Shown here: positions 29,373 to 38,542 of the stretch, piece after piece | How positions within the stretch are numbered: the first letter of the stretch is position 1 | How the letters are laid out: each line of letters begins with the position of its first letter | NCBI GenBank assembly: GCA_020724805.1 | Contig: DYGI01000001.1 | Span: 303,157-367,156, forward strand | DNA: 64,000 bases | Origin: Candidatus Microgenomatus sp. | GTDB taxonomy: Bacteria; Patescibacteriota; Minisyncoccia; UBA6257; GWB1-50-10 | Direction of reading: 5' to 3' | Notes under the pieces: generated by a model | What the model saw: the letters and a program-made list of their open reading frames with translations, nothing else | Told to the model about the DNA's origin: nothing | Databases searched by the model: none | Position numbers and translations under genes: made by a program

Positions 29373-29775
29373 ACTTTCTCCTCGAATGAGGAGACAAAAA
29401 GAAAAACGAGTGGGCCGCGGCGGTAAGCGCGGAAAGACCGCAGGACGCGGCGAAAAGGGGCAAGGGGCTCGCTCAGGGCACCGCATCCGTCCGGCGGAGC
29501 GTGACCTTATTCAGCGCCTGCCGAAACTTCGCGGCATCAAGCATCCGCGTCTTTCACTGCGCGCGACGGCGATATCGCTCGGCGACCTGGTGCGCGTGAA
29601 GGGGAACGAGGTGACGCGTGCGGCACTCGTGGAATCCGGTTTCATCATGCACGCAAAAGACAAGGTGAAAATCTTGGGTGGCGGGAGCATTTCCCGTGCG
29701 CTCACGGTCAAGGGCATTCCAGTGTCAGAAAGTGCGAAGAAGGCCATAGAGGCCGCAGGCGGGAAGGTAGAATAG
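29359..29775 (+). CDS. rplO: 50S ribosomal protein L15 (directly follows S5; no L30 gene)
   Basis: RRQKEKRVGRGGKRGKTAGRG. Confidence 0.9.
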   Translation: MQLHELSPRMRRQKEKRVGRGGKRGKTAGRGEKGQGARSGHRIRPAERDLIQRLPKLRGIKHPRLSLRATAISLGDLVRVKGNEVTRAALVESGFIMHAKDKVKILGGGSISRALTVKGIPVSESAKKAIEAAGGKVE

Positions 29776-29779
29776 GTAT

Positions 29780-31051
29780 ATGGAGCGCATACTCCAAATC
29801 TTTAAGATACCGGACCTTCGTAAGAAGGTTCTTGCGGTTTTGGGGCTTCTTCTTGCCTTCCGCGCCCTTGCGGCCATTCCTATTCCCGGTATCGACGCGT
29901 TTCGGCTCGAGGAATTCTTTTCCTCGAACCAACTTTTCGGCTTTTTGAACATCTTTTCGGGGGGCGGGCTCGATTCTCTTTCCATCATGATGCTTGGTGT
30001 CGCGCCATACATCACCGCAACCATCATCATGCAGCTTTTGACCATCATCTTTCCCCAGCTCAAAAAGTACTACTACGAAGAAGGGCCCGAGGGTCGCGCG
30101 AAGTTCAACCGTATCTCGCGTTGGCTTACCGTGCCTTTGGCCGCGCTCCAAGCTTACGGATTTTTGAATCTTTTGAAATCGCAGGGAATTCTCGGCGAAC
30201 TTTCCGCGATGGATTTTATTACGAACGTTATTGTGGTGTCTGCGGGAAGTGTGGTCTTGATGTGGATAGGAGAGCTTATCAGCGAATATAAGATTGGGAA
30301 CGGCATCTCGCTCCTTATTTTTGCGGGCATTGTTTCCGCGCTCCCGCAGGCGGTTATCTCTGCGGTGGTGAACTACGATCCTTCCATGATCCCTACCTAC
30401 ATTGCGTACGTCATTCTCGCGGTCATTGTCATTGCGGGTGTGGTTTTTGTGAACGAAGCGGAGCGCAAGATTCCGGTCTCGTATGCGAAGCAGGTGCGCG
30501 GGAACCGCATGTACGGTGGCGCACAAACCTATCTTCCGCTTAAGGTGAACCAGGCGGGCGTCATCCCCATCATTTTCGCAATCTCACTTTTGCTGTTCCC
30601 ACAATTTTTGGCGCAGGCGGCGGCCATATTCTCACCGGATCTTTCCATTCGGTTGAATGACCTCGTGAACCAACTTCTTGGGAACGTGATGGTGTACAGC
30701 GCATTGTACTTTATTCTTGTGGTGCTTTTCACCTATTTCTACACTGCAGTGACCTTCGACCCAGAGGAGATTGCAAAGAATCTCCAAAAAAGTGGGGGAT
30801 TCATTCCGGGCATTCGACCGGGCGAGCAGACCGCGACCGCGATCGGAAAAGTGGTACACCGCACCACGTTCTTCGGCGCGCTTTTCTTGGGCGTTATCGC
30901 AATCTTGCCGAACGTCACGCAGATTTTGACTGGCATTCAGGCATTGACCATCGGCGGTACCGCGCTTCTCATCGTGGTGGCGGTGGCGCTCGAGGTGATG
31001 AAGCAGGTGGAGAGTCAGCTTACGGTGCGCGAGTACGAGGGAATTTTTTAA
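29780..31051 (+). CDS. secY: Preprotein translocase subunit SecY
   Basis: Ten-TM SecY topology and motifs. Confidence 0.95.
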   Translation: MERILQIFKIPDLRKKVLAVLGLLLAFRALAAIPIPGIDAFRLEEFFSSNQLFGFLNIFSGGGLDSLSIMMLGVAPYITATIIMQLLTIIFPQLKKYYYEEGPEGRAKFNRISRWLTVPLAALQAYGFLNLLKSQGILGELSAMDFITNVIVVSAGSVVLMWIGELISEYKIGNGISLLIFAGIVSALPQAVISAVVNYDPSMIPTYIAYVILAVIVIAGVVFVNEAERKIPVSYAKQVRGNRMYGGAQTYLPLKVNQAGVIPIIFAISLLLFPQFLAQAAAIFSPDLSIRLNDLVNQLLGNVMVYSALYFILVVLFTYFYTAVTFDPEEIAKNLQKSGGFIPGIRPGEQTATAIGKVVHRTTFFGALFLGVIAILPNVTQILTGIQALTIGGTALLIVVAVALEVMKQVESQLTVREYEGIF

Positions 31052-31058
31052 GAATAAA

Positions 31059-31085
31059 AGCCGCCGCAAGGCGGTTTTTTGTTTT
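31059..31085 (+). terminator. Rho-independent terminator after secY
   Basis: aagccgcc-gcaa-ggcgg followed by tttttt. Confidence 0.75.
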
Positions 31086-31109
31086 TAGGGCGCGGTGTAT
31101 AGTAAAACC

Positions 31110-31811
31110 ATGCAAAAACAAGCGGTGATACTCTACGGCCCGCCGGGGTCGGGGAAGGGGACGCAGGCCGAGCTTCTTCAGCGTCGGTATGGGTTTGTGC
31201 ACTTTGATACCGGCCATTTCCTCGAGAATCTCGTCCATAGTCCGGGTGCGTCACGCGATCCAGTGCTTCGCCGGGAGCAGAAGAATTTTGATACCGGAAA
31301 GCTCAACACTCCGTCGTGGGTGCTGAAAATGGTAGCGGAGGAAACAAAGAAAATTGCTATTGCGGGGTATTCCATCGTGTTTTCGGGTTCGCCTCGCACG
31401 CTCTATGAAGGGTTTGGGGAAAAAGGGAAGGGCGGACTTTACGCCACGTTCATCAAATACTACGGGAAAAGGAATCTCCATCCGGTTTGGCTCAACATTC
31501 GTCCGCAAACGACCTTGAAGCGCAATAGTACGCGGAAGATTTGCTCGGTATGCGGTCTCCCGAAGCTCGGGAAGGCAAAGGTGAATCACTGCCCGTTCTG
31601 CGAAGGCCCGCTCTATGTCCGCACTTTGGACGACCCCAAAATCATCAAAGAGCGACTCAAAGAATATCGGGGCCGCACGTACCCGGTGCTTCGCGAGTTC
31701 GAGAAGCGCGGCATTGATGTGAAAAAGGTGAACGGCGAACCCGCGCCTTATAAAGTGTTCGCGAGCGTGGTGAAAGTTTTGAAGCTCGCTCCGCTTCGGC
31801 TCAAAAAATAA
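31110..31811 (+). CDS. adk: Adenylate kinase (Zn-lid type)
   Basis: GPPGSGKGTQ P-loop; lid CSVCG...CPFC. Confidence 0.85.
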   Translation: MQKQAVILYGPPGSGKGTQAELLQRRYGFVHFDTGHFLENLVHSPGASRDPVLRREQKNFDTGKLNTPSWVLKMVAEETKKIAIAGYSIVFSGSPRTLYEGFGEKGKGGLYATFIKYYGKRNLHPVWLNIRPQTTLKRNSTRKICSVCGLPKLGKAKVNHCPFCEGPLYVRTLDDPKIIKERLKEYRGRTYPVLREFEKRGIDVKKVNGEPAPYKVFASVVKVLKLAPLRLKK

Positions 31812-32566
31812 TGCGGTTGAAGACGAAAAAAGATGTGGCCGCACTCCGCATCTCGGGGCGTATTCTCGCGGAGACGCTTAAGCTTCTCGCAAAGGAGTGC
31901 AGAGAGGGAGTATCGCTCGAGTATCTAGACGGTCTCGCGCGTGACTACATCAAGCGAAAAGGAGCGAAGCCCGCATTTTTGGGATACAAGCCGGCATGGG
32001 CGGACGAAGCATACCCCGCGGCTATTTGTACGTCGCTCAATGAGCAGATAGTTCACGGTATCCCTTCGGAATATGCGGTGCGAGAGGGCGACGTGGTGAA
32101 GCTTGATCTCGGCGTGGATTATAAGGGTTACTTCACCGATGCGGCGGTTACGGTCGCGGTAGGCAAGGTTTCTGCGCGGACCGCGCGGATGATAGCGGCA
32201 ACGAAGAAAGCGCTTATGGCGGGTATCCGCGTCGCAAAGCCGGGGCGGCGTCTTGGCGATGTGGGGCACGTCATTCAGCGCACGGTGGAAGGCGCGGGAT
32301 TTCGCATTGTAGAGGGGCTTACGGGTCACGGCGTGGGTTTTGCGCCGCACGAGGACCCGGAGGTCCTAAACTACGGCGAGAAAGGGACTGGCATTGAGAT
32401 AAAGCCGGGACTCGTTATCGCAATCGAACCCATGGTGAGCGCGGGCACACCGCAGACGCGCGAAAACCCTGACGGAAGTTTTTCAACCGCCGACGGAAGT
32501 GTTGCGTCGCACTTCGAACACACAGTGTACGTAGGTGAGGACGGCCCCGAGATTCTTACACTGTAG
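31811..32566 (+). CDS. map: Methionine aminopeptidase type I
   Basis: Pita-bread fold metal ligands (D...D...H...E...E); conserved order after adk. Confidence 0.9.
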   Translation: MRLKTKKDVAALRISGRILAETLKLLAKECREGVSLEYLDGLARDYIKRKGAKPAFLGYKPAWADEAYPAAICTSLNEQIVHGIPSEYAVREGDVVKLDLGVDYKGYFTDAAVTVAVGKVSARTARMIAATKKALMAGIRVAKPGRRLGDVGHVIQRTVEGAGFRIVEGLTGHGVGFAPHEDPEVLNYGEKGTGIEIKPGLVIAIEPMVSAGTPQTRENPDGSFSTADGSVASHFEHTVYVGEDGPEILTL

Positions 32567-32626
32567 CGTTCGTCGCGCCTCTCATTAAGCCATCTCCAGG
32601 CTGACAGCCAAGTCTTTAGTCTCCAT

Positions 32627-32662
32627 CGTGGGCGTGCCGAACGCGCCCGCTATTTTTTTATC
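32627..32662 (+). terminator. Rho-independent terminator after map
   Basis: gggcg-tgccgaa-cgccc followed by gctattttttta. Confidence 0.55.
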
Positions 32663-34809
32663 TTATGCGGATTATGATTCGCGCACGCTTTATTACTGCA
32701 CCGTTCGGGGATGGTCTTCGTGCCTTCCATCATTAAAGCGCCGCAAAGCGTACAGATATTTCCGGTGGGGCGGGATTTCATGATGAACTTACATTTCGGA
32801 TAATTGTTGCAGCTGAAGAACGGACCGAAGCGACCGCGGCGCTCTACGAGTTCACCGCCGTCCAAAAGACACTTCACGCCGGTGCCGTTCGCGCCATTCT
32901 CGCTCTGCTTTACGTATTTACACTTCGGATAGTTCGAGCACGCGATGAAGAGGCCAAAACGTCCCTCGCGCTCGATAAGCTTGCCGTCCTTACAGTCAGG
33001 GCACGCTTCCCCGATTTCTTTCGGCGGTTCCATGATGCTCCCGTCGGCTTTGCGCGCGCCGAGGCACTCGGGGAATCGCTTGCAGCTCAAAAATTTACCC
33101 GCGCGCCCGAGCTTTACCACCATCGGTCCTCCGCAAAGCGGACAGGTGTGCGCGGCGTCCGCCTCGCCCAAAGTGGTCGCTTTTTCGATTTTTTCCTTTG
33201 ATTTCACGTCTTTTTTGAAGGGCCCATAAAAATCCTTCAAGGTTTTCACATAGTCGCGTTTTCCGTTCGCGATCTCATCAAGGTCGTTTTCCATCTCCGC
33301 GGTGAAGGAGTCGCTGATGTAGTTCGGGAAATGGGTTTCCAAAAATCCAGAGACTACCTCACCGGTGTCGGTGGGCTTCAGGGATTTGCCGAGTTTTTCC
33401 ACATATCCGCGCTTCTGGAGCGTGGAGATGATGGAGGCATAAGTGGAAGGGCGGCCTATCTCACGCTTTTCAAGCTCCTTAATGAGCCCCGCTTCGGTGT
33501 AGCGTGGCGGAGGCTCTGTCTGTTTTTCCTCTTCGTGCATCTCTTTCAAAGTAAGAGGCTCGCCTTTCGTAACCTCGGGAAGTTCCACATCCTCACCGCG
33601 TGCGCGGGGGTCGGCGGCGAGCCATCCGGGAAATTGCACGATAGTTCCGGTCACGGAGAAGTCGGGAATTTTGGAATCCGCGATATTGGCCGTCACGGTA
33701 TTCCGGAGGAGTTTTGCGTCCGCCATCTGCGATGCGAGCGTACGTTCGCGTATCAAGGCATAGAGCTTCTTTTGTTCATCGTTTGCGCCGGCGCTTTTTT
33801 TCCGCGCATCCGTGGGCCGGATGGCCTCGTGGGCCTCCTGCGCGCTCTTGGAGCGTGTTATATAGGTGTGCGGTGAGACATATTGTTTTCCAAACTCTTT
33901 TTCAATCGTTCCGTATATCACGGGGAGCGCCTCGCGGCTCAAATTCACACTGTCGGTGCGCATGTAGGTAATGAGCCCCTGTTCGTAGAGTTTTTGGGCG
34001 ATGGACATCGTACGGTAGGGGGCGAACCCGAGGCGCGAGCTTGCGGATTGTTGGAGCGTGGAGGTGATGAAGGGCGGGCGCGCCGCGCGCTTTACCTCGG
34101 TTTGTTTCACGGCCGTGATTTTCCAAGAACCGGTCTTCGCGGCGCGGAGAATTTCATCGGCTTCCGCCCGATCACGCGGTTCTTTCGTGCACGTGAGTAC
34201 TATCGCTTTCTTCTTTTTGGTCAAAAATTCGCCGGAAATGACCCAGAACGTTTCTGGGACGAATGCCTGTATCTCACGCTCGCGCTCCACGAGAATGCGG
34301 AGCGAGGGGGATTGCACGCGGCCCGCGGAGAGCCCATAGCGCACTTTTTTCCATATGAGACCCGAAAGGTCGTAGCCGAAAAGCCGATCAAGTACTCTGC
34401 GCGCTTCCTGTGCTTTCACGAGGTGAGGGTCTACCGCGCGGGGATGTTCCATTGCTTCGCGCACGGCGGGTTCGGTGATTTCGTGGAAGACCACGCGTTT
34501 CGCTTTTGTGCCCGGATTCAAGAGTTCCATAATGTGCCAGGCAATAGCCTCGCCTTCGCGGTCGGGGTCGGTGGCAAGATAGACCGTGTCCGCTTTCTTC
34601 GCCAGCCTTGCGAGTTCTTTCACCACGTCGTCCTTGCCTTTCACTACCTCATAGTGGGGGACGAAACCGGCGGCGACATCTATCGCCGCCTTGTTGCTTT
34701 TAGGGAGGTCGCGCACGTGACCGACGCTCGCCTTGATGGTGAACGCCTTGTCTAAATACTTTGATATGGTTTTGGCCTTGGTTGGCGATTCGACAATGAC
34801 GAGATTCAT
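32650..34809 (-). CDS. topA: DNA topoisomerase I with four C-terminal zinc ribbons
   Basis: Toprim MNLVIVESPTKAKT, active-site region, repeated CxxC..CxxC ribbons. The start is taken at MNLVIV; the longer ORF reads through the palindromic element. Confidence 0.9.
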   Translation of the reverse strand: MNLVIVESPTKAKTISKYLDKAFTIKASVGHVRDLPKSNKAAIDVAAGFVPHYEVVKGKDDVVKELARLAKKADTVYLATDPDREGEAIAWHIMELLNPGTKAKRVVFHEITEPAVREAMEHPRAVDPHLVKAQEARRVLDRLFGYDLSGLIWKKVRYGLSAGRVQSPSLRILVEREREIQAFVPETFWVISGEFLTKKKKAIVLTCTKEPRDRAEADEILRAAKTGSWKITAVKQTEVKRAARPPFITSTLQQSASSRLGFAPYRTMSIAQKLYEQGLITYMRTDSVNLSREALPVIYGTIEKEFGKQYVSPHTYITRSKSAQEAHEAIRPTDARKKSAGANDEQKKLYALIRERTLASQMADAKLLRNTVTANIADSKIPDFSVTGTIVQFPGWLAADPRARGEDVELPEVTKGEPLTLKEMHEEEKQTEPPPRYTEAGLIKELEKREIGRPSTYASIISTLQKRGYVEKLGKSLKPTDTGEVVSGFLETHFPNYISDSFTAEMENDLDEIANGKRDYVKTLKDFYGPFKKDVKSKEKIEKATTLGEADAAHTCPLCGGPMVVKLGRAGKFLSCKRFPECLGARKADGSIMEPPKEIGEACPDCKDGKLIEREGRFGLFIACSNYPKCKYVKQSENGANGTGVKCLLDGGELVERRGRFGPFFSCNNYPKCKFIMKSRPTGNICTLCGALMMEGTKTIPERCSNKACANHNPHKIKK

Positions 34810-34883
34810 CCCGTTAGAAATCGCGCTCGCGGCAGAGCCGCGAGTCCCTCTGGGACCGCTGGCGCGGCTATTTCTAACGGGAT
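34808..34883. repeat. Palindromic structured leader element, copy B (76 bp; ATCCCGTTAGAAAT...ATTTCTAACGGGAT)
   Basis: Perfect 14-bp inverted termini; internal hairpins ctcgcgg/ccgcgag and gtccc/gggac; it exactly fills the dprA-stop to topA-start gap and overlaps the topA ATG. Confidence 0.85.
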
Positions 34884-35744
34884 TCATAAAATGGTGAATT
34901 TTCCTTTCGTTTCGCGCACGGCACCATCCAACGTGAGCTCGGTGAGTCGCGCAAGAACGATATTTGGTTCAAGTGTAGTGGCTTCCGCGATGGTGTCAAC
35001 GGAAAGCGGTTCTGTGGACGTCGCGAGCACCATGAGGATGGGGTCGTGGCTCGGAACGCGGGAAGTGGGCGTGTCCGCCATGACACGTGCGAGCACGGGG
35101 AGGTCTTCCATGAGGTCTGCCGCGTTCCTGATGAGGCGGGCTCCTTCGCGAATCAACATATGTGAGCCTTCGTAGTGAGGATGGCCAGCGGGGCCGGGAA
35201 GCACAAAGACCTCGCGTCCCTGGTCTGCCGCGTGGCGCGCGGTGGCCAAAGCGCCGGACGCAATGGGCGCTTCCACGATAACTACCCCGTCCGAAAGGCC
35301 AGAAATGATGCGATTTCTCTCAAGGAACTGATTCGGGTATGCGGGTGTGCCCGGAGGATATTCGGAAACGAGCGCACCGCGCTCTTCAATGCGACGTCCG
35401 AGGGATTCGTGCGAAGGAGGATAGATGGTGTCGATGCCACACCCAAGGACCGCAACGGTTTTTCCGTGCGCGTCCAAAGCTCCCTCGTGCGCTGCGGCGT
35501 CGATGCCGAGCGCGAGGCCAGAGACGATAACAATGCCGTGCCCCGCAAGGGTACGCGCAAGCATGCGCGCCATCTCGCGCCCTTCCCGGGTCGCTTTTCT
35601 GGTTCCTACTATGGCGATGGCAGGGATATGTTCGTGCGGGAGCGCGCCGCGTACAAAAAGTTGCGCCGGAGCGCCGGGAAGAGGCGCAAAACGCGCAGGA
35701 TACGAAGGATCTTTCCGTATGAGCGTGTGAATATGCGGCGCCAT
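34884..35744 (-). CDS. dprA: DNA processing protein A (Smf)
   Basis: Rossmann-like DprA core (GTRKATREG...GIDAAAH...GGTVAVLG); conserved smf-topA pairing. Confidence 0.8.
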   Translation of the reverse strand: MAPHIHTLIRKDPSYPARFAPLPGAPAQLFVRGALPHEHIPAIAIVGTRKATREGREMARMLARTLAGHGIVIVSGLALGIDAAAHEGALDAHGKTVAVLGCGIDTIYPPSHESLGRRIEERGALVSEYPPGTPAYPNQFLERNRIISGLSDGVVIVEAPIASGALATARHAADQGREVFVLPGPAGHPHYEGSHMLIREGARLIRNAADLMEDLPVLARVMADTPTSRVPSHDPILMVLATSTEPLSVDTIAEATTLEPNIVLARLTELTLDGAVRETKGKFTIL

Positions 35745-35763
35745 TCTATATAATGATAGTGTA

Positions 35764-36291
35764 ATGGACCCGTTCCGTAAAAAATTACTCCTTGAACTGG
35801 GGGTAGGAGGCGGTGTTATTGCGGTGCTTGCCGTGATGCTCATAATACTCGGCACCTACGTGGGGAATGTGAGCGAACGTATTGCATCCACGCGGACCGA
35901 TCTGCTCGAACGTTCCGCAACCGTCGGGTCGCTTGCCGCGCTCCAAGAATCATGGAAAAACAAAGCGGAAGGTTATTTGAACGTGCTCCGCAACGTGGTT
36001 CCGGAAAAGGACACGCTCATCAACGTTTCGCGCGATTTTCAATCGCTCGCAAGTCAAACCCGTACCGAATATTCCTTTGGATTCCTGGGAGAGACGGGGG
36101 AGTCGGAAGGGGGTATCGGGGCGCTTACATTCCGCCTTACCCTACGGGGAGACCTCGCAAATCTCTACGAATTCATTGAACGGTTCGCAGGGTTTCCGTT
36201 CCTTTCTACCATCGATAACTTCAATATTGCGCGAAAAGGCACGGAAACGGCGAGCGAACTTCTCGCGCAGGGGCGCATCTTTTTCCGATAA
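35764..36291 (+). CDS. PilO-like type IV pilus assembly protein (N-terminal TM helix)
   Basis: TM helix, coiled coil, C-terminal LTLRGDLANLYEFIERFAGFPFLSTIDNFNI resembling the PilO domain. Confidence 0.45.
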   Translation: MDPFRKKLLLELGVGGGVIAVLAVMLIILGTYVGNVSERIASTRTDLLERSATVGSLAALQESWKNKAEGYLNVLRNVVPEKDTLINVSRDFQSLASQTRTEYSFGFLGETGESEGGIGALTFRLTLRGDLANLYEFIERFAGFPFLSTIDNFNIARKGTETASELLAQGRIFFR

Positions 36292-36292
36292 C

Positions 36293-36523
36293 ATGGATAG
36301 ATTTAAAAATGCCCTGGATGGGGTAAAGAAAATAAAGTTCACGAAACACACCCTTTTCTATTTTTTAGGCGTGGTGATGGTGGCGTGCATCGGCGGGGTC
36401 ATCATCGGACTCGCCACGTTTCTCGCAAATCGGATGAATACCGCGCTCACCGCGGACCCCAATCTCGCGCCACACGTGCGGTTTGACACGGAAGGTTTCG
36501 AAAAACTAGGATTAACGAAGTAA
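36293..36523 (+). CDS. Hypothetical small membrane protein (76 aa)
   Basis: Single TM helix; tightly coupled to the preceding gene. Confidence 0.35.
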   Translation: MDRFKNALDGVKKIKFTKHTLFYFLGVVMVACIGGVIIGLATFLANRMNTALTADPNLAPHVRFDTEGFEKLGLTK

Positions 36524-36605
36524 AAGAAGATACGGGCGTATATCGGTAGATATTGCGCCCTCGTTCGAAGCAAAAAGATGTTATCATCCTTTTGGCTTCT
36601 CTCTC

Positions 36606-36677
36606 GGGCGCATAGTTCAGTGGTAGAACGCCATACTGATAATATGGAGGTCCTAGGTTCGATTCCTAGTGCGCCCA
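36606..36677 (+). tRNA. tRNA-Ile (anticodon GAT)
   Basis: Manual cloverleaf: GGGCGCA acceptor, anticodon loop CUGAUAA, T-loop TTCGATT. Confidence 0.85.
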
Positions 36678-36687
36678 CCGAAGCTTT

Positions 36688-36759
36688 GGGCCGTTAGCTC
36701 AGTGGTAGAGCACTTCATTTGCAATGAAGGGGTCACCGGTTCGAATCCGGTACGGTCCA
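36688..36759 (+). tRNA. tRNA-Ala (anticodon TGC)
   Basis: Manual cloverleaf with the G3:U70 identity pair, anticodon loop UUUGCAA, T-loop TTCGAAT. Confidence 0.85.
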
Positions 36760-36778
36760 CTGTATACAAGAAACAGAA

Positions 36779-38512
36779 ATGAACATACCGCGTCACATCA
36801 TATTTATTGTTTGCGCCTTCTTGCTTCTTGTGCTCGGACTTGTTTTCTTTCGGGTGCCCGTGGCCGAGCCGGCGCTTGAAGTGGCAACGGTGGATTACTT
36901 TGAGGGAGTGAAGGGGCATTATGTTCGGCCCGCGGACGGGGAATCGTACCCCGGGGTGGTGATGATCCATGAGAACCGTGGTCTCCGTCCGGAAATAAAG
37001 CAGGCCGCTGAAAATCTTGCGAAAGAAGGGTATCTTGTGCTCGCGGTGGATCTTTTTGATGGACAAGTACTTGAAACGCAGGAACAAGCGCGTGCGGTGA
37101 CGGCCAGGTTCGATCAGGGAAGAGGCATCGCGAACATGCGGGCCGCGGCGCAATATTTACGCGCACAAGGTGCGGAGAAAATCGCTTCGTGGGGGTGGTG
37201 TTTTGGAGGTCGGCAATCGGTGAACCTTTCAATTTCCGGTGAGCCATTGGACGCAACCGTGGTGTACTACGGAGGAGGGATGGCGACGACCACTGAGGCG
37301 TTGCGCCCCGTCACGTGGCCTGTGTTCGGTGTTTTTGGCGACGCAGATCAAGCGATCCCGGTTGCCACGGTTCGCGCGTTCGAAAGTTCACTTAATACGC
37401 TCGGCATCGAAAACGAGATTCATATATATCCGGGCGTCGGCCACGCGTTTGCAAACCCCTCAAACCCAAACCACGCGCCCGCCGAAACGGCGGATGCATG
37501 GACGAAAACTCTTTCATTTTTGGAGCGGACATTAAAAAACATCGAAGCAAGGTCCGAAGGAGCGAACAGCGTTGAATTGGTAGTGTCTGGGTTGGACACG
37601 CCCTGGGCAATAACGTTTTTGCCGAACGGAGATATGTTGGCCACCGAACGGCCGGGGAGGCTTCGTGTTTTTGGTGCGGCTCCCGCCACGATCGAAGTGC
37701 CGGGCGTGGTGGAGCGCGGCGAGGGCGGGCTCTTGGGTATCGCGCTCCATCCCGATTTTCAAGCTAATCGTTTTCTCTACCTTTACTACACAACGGCGCG
37801 CGGTGGCGAAACGGTAAACCGTGTTGTGAGATACGTATTTGATGGTGCTGGTCTTACCGAAGACCGTGTCATTGCAGATAACTTGCCGGCGAGCGGAAAC
37901 CACAACGGCGGGCGCATCGCGTTTGGCCCCGATAATCTGCTCTATATTGCAACGGGCGATGCGGGTGATGCGGATCGCGCTCAGGATGTGAATTCATACG
38001 CGGGTAAAATTCTTACGGTACGAGACGACGGAAGCGAGCTCCAGGTGTTTTCGTACGGCCATCGGAATCCTCAGGGGCTTGCATGGGACGAACAAGGGAA
38101 TCTTTGGGCCACCGAGCATGGTCGTTCGGGCGTGCTCTCGGGATATGATGAGTTGAATTTTGTCGAACGGGGTGCGAACTATGGATGGCCGGAAATTCAA
38201 GGGGATGAGACGAAGGTGGGGATGCGTGCACCCGCAGCGCACTCCGGCCCCACGACCACGTGGGCGCCCGCGGGTCTCGCGTATCATCGGGAGACGCTTT
38301 ATTTCGCGGGACTTCGCGGAAGCGCGCTCTATGTAACCAGTATCAAAGACGACGGGAAGGTCGGTGAGGTTCGCCGCCTCGTTGAAGGGTATGGACGTCT
38401 CCGCGCCGTTGCAGTGCACGATGGTTATCTTTATTTTTCCACATCCAACCGGGATGGTCGTGGAAGTCCGAGTTCCGATGACGATAGAATTTTTCGCATG
38501 CGCCTGCCCTAG
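36779..38512 (+). CDS. Fusion protein: dienelactone-hydrolase-like domain (N-terminal) plus PQQ-dependent soluble sugar dehydrogenase beta-propeller (C-terminal)
   Basis: N-terminal DLH-like region (VVMIHENRGL...DLFDG); C-terminal SGDH-like (VSGLDTPWAITFLPNGDMLATERPGRLRV...GLLGIALHPDF). Confidence 0.7.
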   Translation: MNIPRHIIFIVCAFLLLVLGLVFFRVPVAEPALEVATVDYFEGVKGHYVRPADGESYPGVVMIHENRGLRPEIKQAAENLAKEGYLVLAVDLFDGQVLETQEQARAVTARFDQGRGIANMRAAAQYLRAQGAEKIASWGWCFGGRQSVNLSISGEPLDATVVYYGGGMATTTEALRPVTWPVFGVFGDADQAIPVATVRAFESSLNTLGIENEIHIYPGVGHAFANPSNPNHAPAETADAWTKTLSFLERTLKNIEARSEGANSVELVVSGLDTPWAITFLPNGDMLATERPGRLRVFGAAPATIEVPGVVERGEGGLLGIALHPDFQANRFLYLYYTTARGGETVNRVVRYVFDGAGLTEDRVIADNLPASGNHNGGRIAFGPDNLLYIATGDAGDADRAQDVNSYAGKILTVRDDGSELQVFSYGHRNPQGLAWDEQGNLWATEHGRSGVLSGYDELNFVERGANYGWPEIQGDETKVGMRAPAAHSGPTTTWAPAGLAYHRETLYFAGLRGSALYVTSIKDDGKVGEVRRLVEGYGRLRAVAVHDGYLYFSTSNRDGRGSPSSDDDRIFRMRLP

Positions 38513-38530
38513 CAGGCGTTTTTTGTTTAT
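38496..38530 (+). terminator. Rho-independent terminator
   Basis: cgcctgc-cctag-caggcg followed by ttttttgttt. Confidence 0.6.
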
Positions 38531-38542
38531 GATGTATAGACA

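Noticed and set aside
32650-34887. Long topA start reading through the palindromic element (MNPVRNSRASGP...); likewise the N-terminal extension of the sigma ORF from 44913
   Set aside because: The N-terminal extensions are translations of the conserved non-coding palindromic element. The conserved protein N-termini (the topA Toprim MNLVIVESPTK and sigma region 2) start just after it.
34884-35855. Longer dprA start at 35855
   Set aside because: It would overlap the divergent plus-strand gene starting at 35764 by about 90 nt, and the extra N-terminal residues are low-complexity. The start at 35744 (MAPHIHTLIRK) fits the DprA N-terminus better.
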